From: Patescibacteria group bacterium
GTDB taxonomy: Bacteria; Patescibacteriota; Microgenomatia; Levybacterales; UBA12049
NCBI GenBank assembly: GCA_023484045.1
Contig: JAMDAA010000018.1
Location: 4 to 64,003 of the forward strand
Direction: 5' to 3'
DNA: 64,000 nucleotides
The notes below the pieces were generated by a model. It had not been told where the DNA came from and made no database searches. It was given only the letters and a program-made list of their open reading frames with translations. Positions 39,904 through 49,257 of the stretch are shown piece by piece. The position numbers and the translations under genes were made by a program. Positions within the stretch are counted from its first letter, which is position 1, and each line of letters begins with the position of its first letter.

Positions 39904-40205
39904 AAAAAAGACTTATCGTTTTATTAGGATTAATTATTGTGATCGAAGGACTACTTTCTTACAAAATCACTTATGCATTATTTAAATCATCGGCAAGCAA
40001 TAAAAATAACTCCATCTCTGCCGCAATTAGTTTTCAAACACCAACTCCAACACCAACAGGGACGACGGTTATAATTTCAGGTGATGGCCAAGGGTCGCAA
40101 AATTCGGTCGATGTAATAAATATAAATAATCAAACAACGACTCAGGAAAATAATACGACGACAATAACCGAAATTCAGTCAGTCACAAATACTGATAATA
40201 ATTAA
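39900..40205 (+). CDS. Chimeric protein: SipW-type signal and TasA N-terminal strand, PT linker, half of an Asn-rich repeat
   Basis: ITYALFKSSASNKNNSISAA, then TPTPTPT, then TVIISGDGQGSQNSV...QENN...TNTDNN. Confidence 0.75.
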   Translation: MKKRLIVLLGLIIVIEGLLSYKITYALFKSSASNKNNSISAAISFQTPTPTPTGTTVIISGDGQGSQNSVDVININNQTTTQENNTTTITEIQSVTNTDNN

Positions 40206-40239
40206 AATGAATTTTACCATGAAAGGAGGTGAATAAAAA

Positions 40240-40839
40240 ATGAATTTAAAGAAAAGAATTGCGGCAGGAATCGTAACAGTTTCCATATTGGCAACCGTAT
40301 TGCCTGCGGCTGTATTCGCTGACACGACCATTAAAATCGATAAAAACGGTAAAAACTCAAAAAATACCGTGACTGTAACAAATAACACCACGTCCAAAAA
40401 AATACAAAAGAATTACTCTCTTGTATTTACCGGTGTGTTGTCTGCAGCCGGAACCGGTGGAAACACAATTGCGGATACAACTGGCGGAACAGGCGACCCT
40501 TCGATCAAAACTGGCAGTGCCACCTCTAAAGTAGATGTAACTGTCGGTGGAAGCTCAAACAAGGGATCTGAAGGCCAATGTCCGTGTGATTTAGGAAAAA
40601 CCGATGTAACCATTTCTGGAAACGGAGACAACTCGACAAATAAAGTTGACGTTAAAAATTCTAGTGGGTCTGTAGTCGTCCAGAAAAACATTTTTACGGT
40701 TGGGACATTAGTCGGTTCGTTCGCGGGAACCGGTGAAAACACGATAAGTGGAACAACAGGAGGCGATTCATCGATTACTTCTGGAAGCGCAAACTCTGAA
40801 GTAACAATAAAAGTTGATGGATCATCTAATAGCTTGTAG
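40240..40839 (+). CDS. Secreted protein with two Asn/Gly/Thr-rich ~85-aa repeats
   Basis: Signal peptide ending AVFA; two copies of I..NG..S.N.V...Q.N...AGTG.N.I...TGG...I..G.A; CPC linker; SD AGGAGGT. Confidence 0.85.
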   Translation: MNLKKRIAAGIVTVSILATVLPAAVFADTTIKIDKNGKNSKNTVTVTNNTTSKKIQKNYSLVFTGVLSAAGTGGNTIADTTGGTGDPSIKTGSATSKVDVTVGGSSNKGSEGQCPCDLGKTDVTISGNGDNSTNKVDVKNSSGSVVVQKNIFTVGTLVGSFAGTGENTISGTTGGDSSITSGSANSEVTIKVDGSSNSL

Positions 40840-40862
40840 AACAATCTACTTGCTAAATTTGA

Positions 40863-40906
40863 AAAGCCCTGTTTTCTGGTATACAAAACCCAGAAAGCGG
40901 GGCTTT
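40863..40906. terminator. Probable bidirectional terminator between the converging arms
   Basis: AAAGCCCTGTTTTCTGG...CCAGAAAGCGGGGCTTT. Confidence 0.7.
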
Positions 40907-40961
40907 AGTTATAGAATTCAGAACCTAGAATATAATGTAAAGTAATGTAAAGGTGTAACCT

Positions 40962-41516
40962 TTACATTGGGCGGGCGAAAATGAGGAGACGTTGGAGGGC
41001 TGTGCCGATTGGTGTACAAGTTTGGAGGATTAATTCATTATTTTTGTTTTGGGTAAGATATTTTATATCACCCGGCCAAACGATTTTTTTGTCAAAAACC
41101 GTATACTTATATTCTTTTCCGTCTTTCCTAATAATTACTGAATCGCCGTTATTTAATTCTCCGATCCTTAAAAAAATTGTGTTGTAACGCGTTAGATTCC
41201 ATGGATAATCAGATGAGTGGCCGAAAATATAAATTAATCCTTTTTGTCCCGGATCGACCGTTCCTTTTGCCCTCGCGACACCTTTCTTTAAAACTTCGCG
41301 ATATTCTTTTTCGTTAAACGGATCGACATTTTTGATAATCGGGGAGATGAGTTTAATCTTTGGAATTTCTATGACATAAGATTTACTATCGATTTTAATC
41401 TGGGGCGGGGGCAAAAGATAGGCTGAAATAACCGGATAATAAATAAAAAGAATAATAGTTATCGAAAGGGTTATAAAAATTTCTCCGAGCCGTTTTTTAA
41501 TTTGGATTGATTTCAT
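40962..41516 (-). CDS. Sortase (class D/E-like)
   Basis: N-terminal TM; IEIPKI; PG..G..YIFGHSS; LILQTCTP.GT...RL (His-Cys-Arg triad). Confidence 0.92.
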   Translation of the reverse strand: MKSIQIKKRLGEIFITLSITIILFIYYPVISAYLLPPPQIKIDSKSYVIEIPKIKLISPIIKNVDPFNEKEYREVLKKGVARAKGTVDPGQKGLIYIFGHSSDYPWNLTRYNTIFLRIGELNNGDSVIIRKDGKEYKYTVFDKKIVWPGDIKYLTQNKNNELILQTCTPIGTALQRLLIFARPM

Positions 41517-41587
41517 AATCCGATTTTAACAGAACAGTTAATTTTATTCAAAAAAAATCCTGGCAATGCCAGGACAACAACTTCTAT

Positions 41588-42733
41588 TTACGCTAAAACT
41601 GGAGGAGACACACCAGAGTTAAATCGCAGATACACCCCGGCAAAGAAGAACATTATCGCAAGTATTATTCCAAAAAGCGTCAGGAAATTTCCGGTTGTCG
41701 GAAGACTCGTAACAGATCCCGAAACCGATCCGTTTCCACTGCCGCCTCCACCGATACTTGGTCTTGGATTACCGTCACCGTCTCCCGGTTTTGGTCCCGG
41801 TGGAGGCGGAGGAGGTGGCAGAACAGGAGGTGGATTTTCACCGCCACCTGTGGGTGGAGGCGGAGTTACTTTTTCACAGCAAGTTTTGATTTCCGCTTTT
41901 GATCCATTAATATTCTCGTTTTTAATTGTTACTACGCCAAAAATATTTCCGGTCGCGATTAAAACACTTCCTAAATTTCCGTTTGCCGAGTTACCGCCCG
42001 TGTTTAAATTTTGATAAGCGTTATTTAATATATTCGCGAAATTCGTTTCATTAACTTTAATATTATTTTGGGATAGAAAATTTACATTATTTTGTGAATT
42101 ACTTCCGTTCCCGCCGACAAAAATCGAGAGCGATCCACCCGATCTCTGAGGATCCACATTAATATTAACATTTTTGTTTTCAATACTTGTGACTGCCGTT
42201 ACATTCCCGGTTGTTGTCGAAACGTTTCCGTTATTATCGTTTACAGAATTATTTCCGGTATTAGCGTTTGTAATCACATTGTTAATAATGTTTGCGTAAT
42301 TTGTTTGGTTAATATTTACATTACCTATCACATTTGTAATAACACTATTCGTTGTATCCGAACCGTTATTATTTATTTGAACATTTGTGTTTGTTAGACA
42401 ACACGGATTTTCGGCCGAATTTCGATTTATATTTTGATTATTTATATTCGTCGAAGAGTTTACATTGCCTGCTTGAATATTAGTTTCTGATCCGGTATTT
42501 CCCGACGCCTGATTATTTCCGGTATCGGCATTATTTTGAACATTGTTTTGAATATCTGCCTGATTTGATTGCTGAATGCTTGTATTTTGAGAAACATTAA
42601 CATTAAGCCGAGATTGAGAAGCATCTCCATTCCCCGTAATCGAAAGGTTAATTCCCTCAGCACTTGTCGCGCCAGTAAAACCAAGCACAAAAGGTAAAAT
42701 GATCGATATCGATGCCAATATTTTTCTTAACAT
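41588..42733 (-). CDS. LPXTG-anchored protein with three Asn-rich repeats
   Basis: Signal peptide; three repeats; CC pairs; poly-Pro linker; LPTTG followed by a TM and an Arg tail. Confidence 0.88.
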   Translation of the reverse strand: MLRKILASISIILPFVLGFTGATSAEGINLSITGNGDASQSRLNVNVSQNTSIQQSNQADIQNNVQNNADTGNNQASGNTGSETNIQAGNVNSSTNINNQNINRNSAENPCCLTNTNVQINNNGSDTTNSVITNVIGNVNINQTNYANIINNVITNANTGNNSVNDNNGNVSTTTGNVTAVTSIENKNVNINVDPQRSGGSLSIFVGGNGSNSQNNVNFLSQNNIKVNETNFANILNNAYQNLNTGGNSANGNLGSVLIATGNIFGVVTIKNENINGSKAEIKTCCEKVTPPPPTGGGENPPPVLPPPPPPPGPKPGDGDGNPRPSIGGGGSGNGSVSGSVTSLPTTGNFLTLFGIILAIMFFFAGVYLRFNSGVSPPVLA

Positions 42734-42788
42734 ACTTTTTATTTATAAACTGCGGCAGAATTTTTCGAAGTGTCCCGCTAAGCGGGAC

Positions 42789-45023
42789 TCAACGGGGCAG
42801 GTTAACATCGCTTTTTAAACGATGTGAAATTTTGAGAAAAGACAATCTTTTTCTAAAAATTACGAATACGATTATCAATGGCAATAATATTAATAACCAT
42901 GCAAGATTTACAGACACTTTTCCGCTTTGTCCACCTACTGTTGTCGACATTCCGAATACACTACTCAAATTTGCGTGATTAGAAACTCCGGCAATTTTCA
43001 CGTCGGCAGTCGTGTATGAATCGCCCAAAGACGAATCGTTGCTGTTTGAACCCGCAACAACCGCTGCTGCTGTCGGAGTAGGCGAAGACGCAGTACCGGA
43101 ATTACCATTATTGTTATTATTATTGTTGTTTGTAGGACTTTGTCCGCCGACCGGATGATTTTCTGGCGCAGATGTTGGATTTTGGGCTAACTTTATGTCA
43201 TCTGCTTTCGGTTGTTTTTCTTGTCCCGGTGTCACAAAATCTCCGAGCCAACTTCCGAAAACATTAACAACCGTCACCATTAATTTTCCGCCTTTTATAT
43301 TGTTGTTAACAAAATTTACGAGGTTTGCGATTACTTTCGCGTCGCCGGTTTTGATCGTCGAATCTCCGCCTGTATTTTTAGACGCATCGTTTCCGCCGGT
43401 ATTTGCCGTTAGGTTAATATTATTGACGACTTTACCCGTGTTTGTCTGAACAGTCGTATTGTTTGTGTTTTGTGAAACATCGGTCGTATTCGTTGAATTA
43501 CTGCCGTTTCCAGAATTTACCGCGGTAATCGTGCCGTCTGCTCCTACTTTAAATTCTGTTCCGTCCGATCCGGCAAAATTACTGCCTGTTGGCGCACCCA
43601 ATAACTTTCCAACCCAGTTTCCTGCTTCATTAACAACCACTAACCACCAATTGACGCCGTCAACATTGCTGTTTGCGATGTTTAAAACATTCGCATCAAC
43701 CGATGTGTTTCCGGTTGTAACAGATGAATTACCATTCGTATTTCCACTGACACTGTTATCTCCCGATATCGCATTAAGAGTTAGGTTATTTTCTATGTTA
43801 GCGTCGTTCTTTTGGAAAGAGTTATTATTTGTTGTCTTGTCATAATTTACAGTATTATCCGAACCCGTTCCGTTTCCTGCATTAGCCAAAGTTGTACTTG
43901 CCCCCGAATTTGCAAATGCCTTGTCAACCTCGCTTTGCGGCAAAATTATGTCGCCGACCAAATTCCCAAAAACATTAACAACTCCGTAAACTACATTTCC
44001 GGCCATATTATTATTAACAAAGTTCAGTACGTTTGCTGCAACATTTGCGTCACCGGTTGTAATCGATGAATTCCCGTCGGTATTTTTAGACGCTGTGTTA
44101 TTTCCGGAGTCGGAAAGAAGCGTCATGTTGTTTCCGACAGTCCCGTCGTTATTTTGAAAAGTCGTGTTATTCGTGTTTTGTGAAAGATTGGCATTATTTG
44201 TGGTATCAGCACCGTTATTTGCGTTTGCGACCATCGCGTTTCCGGATGTTCCACACCCCGAAACACAACTTGCGCCAAAATCCAAAACTATATCGCCGAC
44301 ATGATCGTCTGCGACATTAAATTCAGAAACCGCAACACCCGCAACATTCGTATTTAATCCGGTTATAATCGTACCCGTTGTGTTGGCATTTCCGCTATTA
44401 ATAGTCGAGTCTCCACCTGTATTTTTGGAAGCAGAATTTTGTCCGGATATCGAATCCTGATTAAGATTATTAGAAACTACACCGCTGTTATTTTGAACTA
44501 CAGTACTACCGTCTGTAATATTTGCTGTTCCGTTATTTTCTGACCCAGTTCCATTACTGCTGTTTGCTACCAAAACTCCGCCCGAAACATTGGCCGGATC
44601 AATCGCAGATAAATTACTGTTTCCGAGACTGTTAATAACTCCACTATTTGTTATATCCCCGCTATTAATAGTATTGTCACCGACTTTACCATCTGATGTC
44701 GTCCCGGAAGTCGTAGGAACATTTGTTGCAGTAACTGTTGGGGTCGGAGTCGGATCATCTGAATGATGGCGACGTGGTTTTTCCGTCGGAGTAGGGGTTG
44801 GTGTCGAACTAAGTATTTCATTCAAAGTCGGTGTTGTGGGCGCGGCTGGAACGTCTGGCGCTGTTGGAGCCTGGGGCACATCTGGCGCTGTAGGGGCAGC
44901 AGACGGTACAATCGGCGCATCGGGAGGCGTAGGAATATCAAACGCTCTTACAGGCGGCGCCTGCATTAATAAAAGTACCGCTATCGAAAGTATCGCTAAA
45001 TATTTTTTAATTTTTTTAATCAT
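42789..45023 (-). CDS. Large membrane-anchored protein with four (plus a partial) extended Asn-rich repeats
   Basis: Signal peptide; PTAPDVP repeats; NG..S.N...Q.N...SG.N.AS.NT.G.S.I.TG.A units; C-terminal TM followed by RKR. Confidence 0.88.
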   Translation of the reverse strand: MIKKIKKYLAILSIAVLLLMQAPPVRAFDIPTPPDAPIVPSAAPTAPDVPQAPTAPDVPAAPTTPTLNEILSSTPTPTPTEKPRRHHSDDPTPTPTVTATNVPTTSGTTSDGKVGDNTINSGDITNSGVINSLGNSNLSAIDPANVSGGVLVANSSNGTGSENNGTANITDGSTVVQNNSGVVSNNLNQDSISGQNSASKNTGGDSTINSGNANTTGTIITGLNTNVAGVAVSEFNVADDHVGDIVLDFGASCVSGCGTSGNAMVANANNGADTTNNANLSQNTNNTTFQNNDGTVGNNMTLLSDSGNNTASKNTDGNSSITTGDANVAANVLNFVNNNMAGNVVYGVVNVFGNLVGDIILPQSEVDKAFANSGASTTLANAGNGTGSDNTVNYDKTTNNNSFQKNDANIENNLTLNAISGDNSVSGNTNGNSSVTTGNTSVDANVLNIANSNVDGVNWWLVVVNEAGNWVGKLLGAPTGSNFAGSDGTEFKVGADGTITAVNSGNGSNSTNTTDVSQNTNNTTVQTNTGKVVNNINLTANTGGNDASKNTGGDSTIKTGDAKVIANLVNFVNNNIKGGKLMVTVVNVFGSWLGDFVTPGQEKQPKADDIKLAQNPTSAPENHPVGGQSPTNNNNNNNNGNSGTASSPTPTAAAVVAGSNSNDSSLGDSYTTADVKIAGVSNHANLSSVFGMSTTVGGQSGKVSVNLAWLLILLPLIIVFVIFRKRLSFLKISHRLKSDVNLPR

Positions 45024-45080
45024 GTCTATTTTCCTTTAATTCTTAATTCTGAACTCTAAATTCTAAATTTTTTTCCTGGT

Positions 45081-45125
45081 GTTTGTAGGGGTTTCGAGGA
45101 AGTGCTCTCGAAACGCCCTACAAAC
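45081..45125 (-). terminator. Strong intergenic hairpin after the four-repeat gene
   Basis: GTTTGTAGGGGTTTCGAG...CTCGAAACGCCCTACAAAC. Confidence 0.6.
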
Positions 45126-45133
45126 TTACCAAA

Positions 45134-46393
45134 CTAGACTGAAAGACCAAGGCTCAATAATAAATCGTGCAAATTAATAGTTAAATTAACTCCGCCCCAA
45201 TTTAATTCTGGCCAAGTTATTTCGTCTCCAACCTGGTTAACGTTTACAGAATTTTGGATGTCTGTCTTAACGTCTGCATTGCCGGATTCGACTTTTGGAT
45301 CTCCTTTTGGATTTCCAGTATTGTCATCTGCTTCGTTGTTTCCGGTTTTTGCGTCTAAATCGTAAAGATTGTTGTTAAGATAGGCACCATTTGCTTGGAA
45401 AACACCGTCGTCTTGAAGATCTCCAATTTTTCCATCGGATGATAGTGTCGCATCGATTGTGTTATCCGAATCTGTACCGTTTCCTTCGATTGTGGCATTA
45501 ACCTTACCTAGAAGGCATCCGCCGCAATCTATGTCAGCTGCGTTAAAGTTAACTTTATTGTCAACTTTTGCCGTAACATCTGCGTTGCCGCTTTTAATTT
45601 CGACAGCTCCGCCGGTGTTATCATCGGCTTCGTTGTTTCCGGTTTTTGCGTCAACGTTAACATTATTGTCTACGTATGCGCTATTATCCTGAGAAACAAC
45701 TACAGCGCTCGAGTGAGTAAGATCAATCGTATTGTCTGATTCCTCACCGTTACTTATAATGCCGAGGCTCAAATCTCCACCTTTTCCAAGACCATTGCCT
45801 ACTTTTGCAAAATTTGCATTAGCCATTGTCGAAAGCGAGGTATTTACCTTTGCATTTCCGGAGGTGATTTTAACATCTCCGCCTGTATTGTCTTCTGCGC
45901 TGTTATTACCGGTTTTTGCGTCAACATTGACGTCGTTATTAACGTCAGCATTGTTTGTCTGGAAAACAGTCGTTACGTTATTTTTATCAAGATTAACGGT
46001 ATTGTCTGATTCTGTCCCATTTTTCTTGATTTCAACTGTTGTATTTCCAGATGCGCAACAATCAATACTTGCTTGATTGCTGTTAACTTCATTCGTTACG
46101 TTTGCCGTAACATTCGAATTTCCGGATTTTATGGTAACGTTTCCGCCCGTGTTATCATCGGCTGTATTATTACCAGTTTTTGCGTCAACATTAACATTAT
46201 TTGTTATATTGGCGGTGTTGTTTTGTACAACAACTCTTGTCTGGTTCATGGTAACATTCGCGGTATTATTTGTGTCGCTACCGTTTCCGGAAATTTTTAT
46301 TGTCGTATCTGCAAACGCTAATGGCATAAAACCATTAAGCAATAAAGCTCCGGTCGCTATACCTGTTACTAATTTCTTTGTAAATTTTGTCAT
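45134..46393 (-). CDS. Secreted protein with four near-regular ~88-aa repeats (candidate major fibre subunit)
   Basis: Signal peptide ending AFA; four copies of DAKTGNN.A.DNTG; CC and CGGC linkers; SD GGAGGTGA. Confidence 0.88.
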   Translation of the reverse strand: MTKFTKKLVTGIATGALLLNGFMPLAFADTTIKISGNGSDTNNTANVTMNQTRVVVQNNTANITNNVNVDAKTGNNTADDNTGGNVTIKSGNSNVTANVTNEVNSNQASIDCCASGNTTVEIKKNGTESDNTVNLDKNNVTTVFQTNNADVNNDVNVDAKTGNNSAEDNTGGDVKITSGNAKVNTSLSTMANANFAKVGNGLGKGGDLSLGIISNGEESDNTIDLTHSSAVVVSQDNSAYVDNNVNVDAKTGNNEADDNTGGAVEIKSGNADVTAKVDNKVNFNAADIDCGGCLLGKVNATIEGNGTDSDNTIDATLSSDGKIGDLQDDGVFQANGAYLNNNLYDLDAKTGNNEADDNTGNPKGDPKVESGNADVKTDIQNSVNVNQVGDEITWPELNWGGVNLTINLHDLLLSLGLSV

Positions 46394-46516
46394 TTATATT
46401 TTCACCTCCCTTCCGATCTGAATTTCCTTCAAAAAATTTTGAAAGATGGCACTTCTTTGCCCCGCTTTAGCGGGACATCTGCCGCATTTTGTTTTTTCTG
46501 CCTAAGCTTGAAAAAC

Positions 46517-46588
46517 AAAAAACGGAGGCTCCTTCATTCCATTCTGCAATGCAGAATCGAGTGAAAAAGCCTCCGTTTGCGGTCAGCC
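46517..46588 (-). promoter_or_regulatory. Leader hairpin with U tract upstream of the repeat-protein operon
   Basis: GCTGACCGC-AAACGGAGGCT...AGCCTCCGTTT followed by a T run; TTGACA-17-TATAAA promoter at 46635-46607. Confidence 0.6.
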
Positions 46589-46691
46589 TTTTAACTTTGT
46601 AAATAATTTATATAATGTTAAATTTTGTTTGTCAAGGACCAATTTTTAAAAATTGGTCCGCAGACCCGACTTAAATCGCTCTTCGGGTAAG

Positions 46692-46946
46692 TCAAGATTT
46701 CGTTTTAATATTTATTCTATTTCTTATAGTACTTTGAACAATTTGTTGAGCACTCGTCGTCTGAGTTCCTTGTGTTAGGGATTGATCCGTTATCGTGATA
46801 TTTGTTTTTTGAATACTTCTTTTGGAGATCTGAACGACTTTTCCATCCTGGACGTAAATTTCGACACTCCCAAAAATTACACCGTCTAATGCCTTTTCGA
46901 TTTCACCCAAGAGTTTTGAGGAATCCTTCTTCAAAGGGTAACTCAT
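46692..46946 (-). CDS. YezD/DUF2292 family small protein
   Basis: I..AL..V.FGSVEIYVQDGKVVQI motif. Confidence 0.82.
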   Translation of the reverse strand: MSYPLKKDSSKLLGEIEKALDGVIFGSVEIYVQDGKVVQISKRSIQKTNITITDQSLTQGTQTTSAQQIVQSTIRNRINIKTKS

Positions 46947-46962
46947 AAATTATAGAATCTTT

Positions 46963-47676
46963 TTATATCTTTTTAAGACTGAGTTTTATCGTTTCTTTTT
47001 TACCGTTAATTTCTCCGACCTGCAATGTTAAAGTCTTGTAATTATCGTCGATCGGAAAACCGAGCCTCGTGAGTTTTGTCGAAATCGCCTGGATTTGAAC
47101 CGGGTCGTTATGAATATCAGCCGCGAGCATTTCAGAATTTCCATTAACCGAAAGCCTTACATAATCTTTACTGTTTATTTCGATCGCTTGTTTATAATCG
47201 TTTGTGATTTTTAGATTAACTATAAGAAAAGTTCTGCCTTTAACAGCGTTTGCTTTTTGACCTTTTATTATAATCGCGTCCTGAAGATCTACGCCTTCGA
47301 CAAGGTATTTAATTTTTGTAACCTCATCGCCTTTACTGTTTTTGATCGGGAATAATAATTCTTTATTAATTGTCTGCGATGCCTTAGTCTGAGGAGCTTG
47401 AACTCTTGTGTCGACGTATTTTGTTTTTCCGGCAAATTTTGTTCCCAAAAAGAACACGCCCACCAAAAGCACAATAACAACGATTGCTCCAATGATAATC
47501 GCAATTATTAAATTATCTTTTTTACTCGTTCGTGGATTAAATTCTGGTCTTTTAATATCTGCGACATGTTCGTTTATTGCAGTACTTATTTTATGAGATG
47601 TGTCGCTGACTGCGTCAAAAAATGTCGTAAGAAAAGTAGGTAACAGTGCTGGCATCGATAATATTCTGTCTCTCAT
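46963..47676 (-). CDS. Membrane-anchored DUF4352-like Ig-fold protein
   Basis: Single TM; G..FLIVNLKITN...I.I...DY.RL...RLGF.I. Confidence 0.65.
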   Translation of the reverse strand: MRDRILSMPALLPTFLTTFFDAVSDTSHKISTAINEHVADIKRPEFNPRTSKKDNLIIAIIIGAIVVIVLLVGVFFLGTKFAGKTKYVDTRVQAPQTKASQTINKELLFPIKNSKGDEVTKIKYLVEGVDLQDAIIIKGQKANAVKGRTFLIVNLKITNDYKQAIEINSKDYVRLSVNGNSEMLAADIHNDPVQIQAISTKLTRLGFPIDDNYKTLTLQVGEINGKKETIKLSLKKI

Positions 47677-47802
47677 AGTTAAAATTTTGAAGGCAGAAAA
47701 ATACTCGAGTGCGGACTATGTTAACATAGCGTTTTTTTCTAGTCAAGCCCCAAAAAGATAATTGATTAAATATGATATACTCTAGGATGTTTTCAGACAA
47801 AA

Positions 47803-49257
47803 ATGAACGTTTTCAAAAAAAATTTCATCAATTTATTGCCTTTTGTTATTGTATTTATAAGTTCTTTATACGTTCCGACCGACGCGGATTTAGGATGGCA
47901 TTTAAAATATGGGGAACACTTTTTTAAAACCGGAAAAATTCTGCGTGATAATATTTTTTCAACACAGATGGCCAATTATAAGTGGGTAAATCACTCTTGG
48001 GGAACAGATCTAATTTCGTATTCTATCTTTAATAATTTTGGCTTTCTTGGCTTAACGATTTTAGGAGCGTTAATTGTAACTTTAACTTTTTATTTCTTTT
48101 CGAAAGCGTATAAATTATCGCTTTGGAATAAAACTCTAATTTTCCCTTTGATGCTGTATTTCGTGAACCCGGTAAACTTAATATCGTTTAGATCACAACT
48201 TATCTCAATTCTTTTTACCGGTATTCTGTTTTTCGTTTTATCTAAGCAGGATGAAAACAAAAAATATCTATATTTCCTGCCGCTGATTTTTCTGACTTGG
48301 GCCAATTTGCATGGCGGATTCATTATCGGATTTGCGATATACGCTCTTTGGGTTTTTATCAAAGTAGCAATAGGAATAATTTTAAAAAATAAAGATTTTA
48401 AACGGGAAATATTTTTTTTATTGAGCATTCTTATATTAAGCATAATTGCGTGTTTAATAAATCCGTTCGGAATCGGCGTATTTAAAGAGTCATTTAATCA
48501 TTTTGGAAATCCGGCGTTAAAATATATTATGGAATGGACAAGTTTTGAAGATTTTTCCGATCTTTGGTGGAATCAAATAATAATTATAAATTTGATATTA
48601 ATCGGAACAATTTTTATGTTTTTCAGCGGGAAAATTAGGCAAAATTTACCGTTTATAATTATCGCAATCATCCTTTTTTTAATGTCTTTTACAGAAAGAA
48701 GATACGCGTGGACTGCCTATTATTCGATAATCGTTTTTATTAAGCCGGTCGCAGATTTTTTTAAACCCGACAGTAAAAAATACACAAATTTAGCATCTAC
48801 AATAATTTTAGGAATAACTTTAATCATTGTTATTTTCATAAAAAGTCCGTTTGATCAATATTCGACAATGTCATGGGACAGATATTGTAAGGATTATATT
48901 GGATGTTCTTCAAAATCAGCTGAATTTTTACAAAATTATAAATACGATAAAGAAAAATTATTAACGCTCTACAATTGGGGAGGATGGCTTATCTGGAATT
49001 ACCCAGAAATTAAACCAACGGTCGACGGAAGAATGACGTTGTGGAAAGGAGAAAACGGATATAGTGGATTTTTAGATTATTATTCTTACGAACAAAACTG
49101 GAAAGACATCAATAAGTCGAAATACAACATCGTTTATGTTTCACCTTATAAATCGATTTATAATCGGCTAATTCAATTAACTAAAGAAAAAAAATGGAAA
49201 TTAGTTTACAAAGATAAATATTCCGGAATTTTTGTGAGGAATTCTGTTACGGATTGA
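47803..49257 (+). CDS. Polytopic membrane protein, GT-C glycosyltransferase-like
   Basis: D.DLGWHL..GE, W.NHSW, R.Q, WANLHGGF, INPFG and YNWGG.LIW...DGR. Confidence 0.75.
   Translation: MNVFKKNFINLLPFVIVFISSLYVPTDADLGWHLKYGEHFFKTGKILRDNIFSTQMANYKWVNHSWGTDLISYSIFNNFGFLGLTILGALIVTLTFYFFSKAYKLSLWNKTLIFPLMLYFVNPVNLISFRSQLISILFTGILFFVLSKQDENKKYLYFLPLIFLTWANLHGGFIIGFAIYALWVFIKVAIGIILKNKDFKREIFFLLSILILSIIACLINPFGIGVFKESFNHFGNPALKYIMEWTSFEDFSDLWWNQIIIINLILIGTIFMFFSGKIRQNLPFIIIAIILFLMSFTERRYAWTAYYSIIVFIKPVADFFKPDSKKYTNLASTIILGITLIIVIFIKSPFDQYSTMSWDRYCKDYIGCSSKSAEFLQNYKYDKEKLLTLYNWGGWLIWNYPEIKPTVDGRMTLWKGENGYSGFLDYYSYEQNWKDINKSKYNIVYVSPYKSIYNRLIQLTKEKKWKLVYKDKYSGIFVRNSVTD

Noticed and set aside
43195-46421. 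Several 80-130 aa ORFs antisense to the repeat genes
   Set aside because: They are shadow ORFs produced by the Asn/Thr/Gly codon bias of the real genes.
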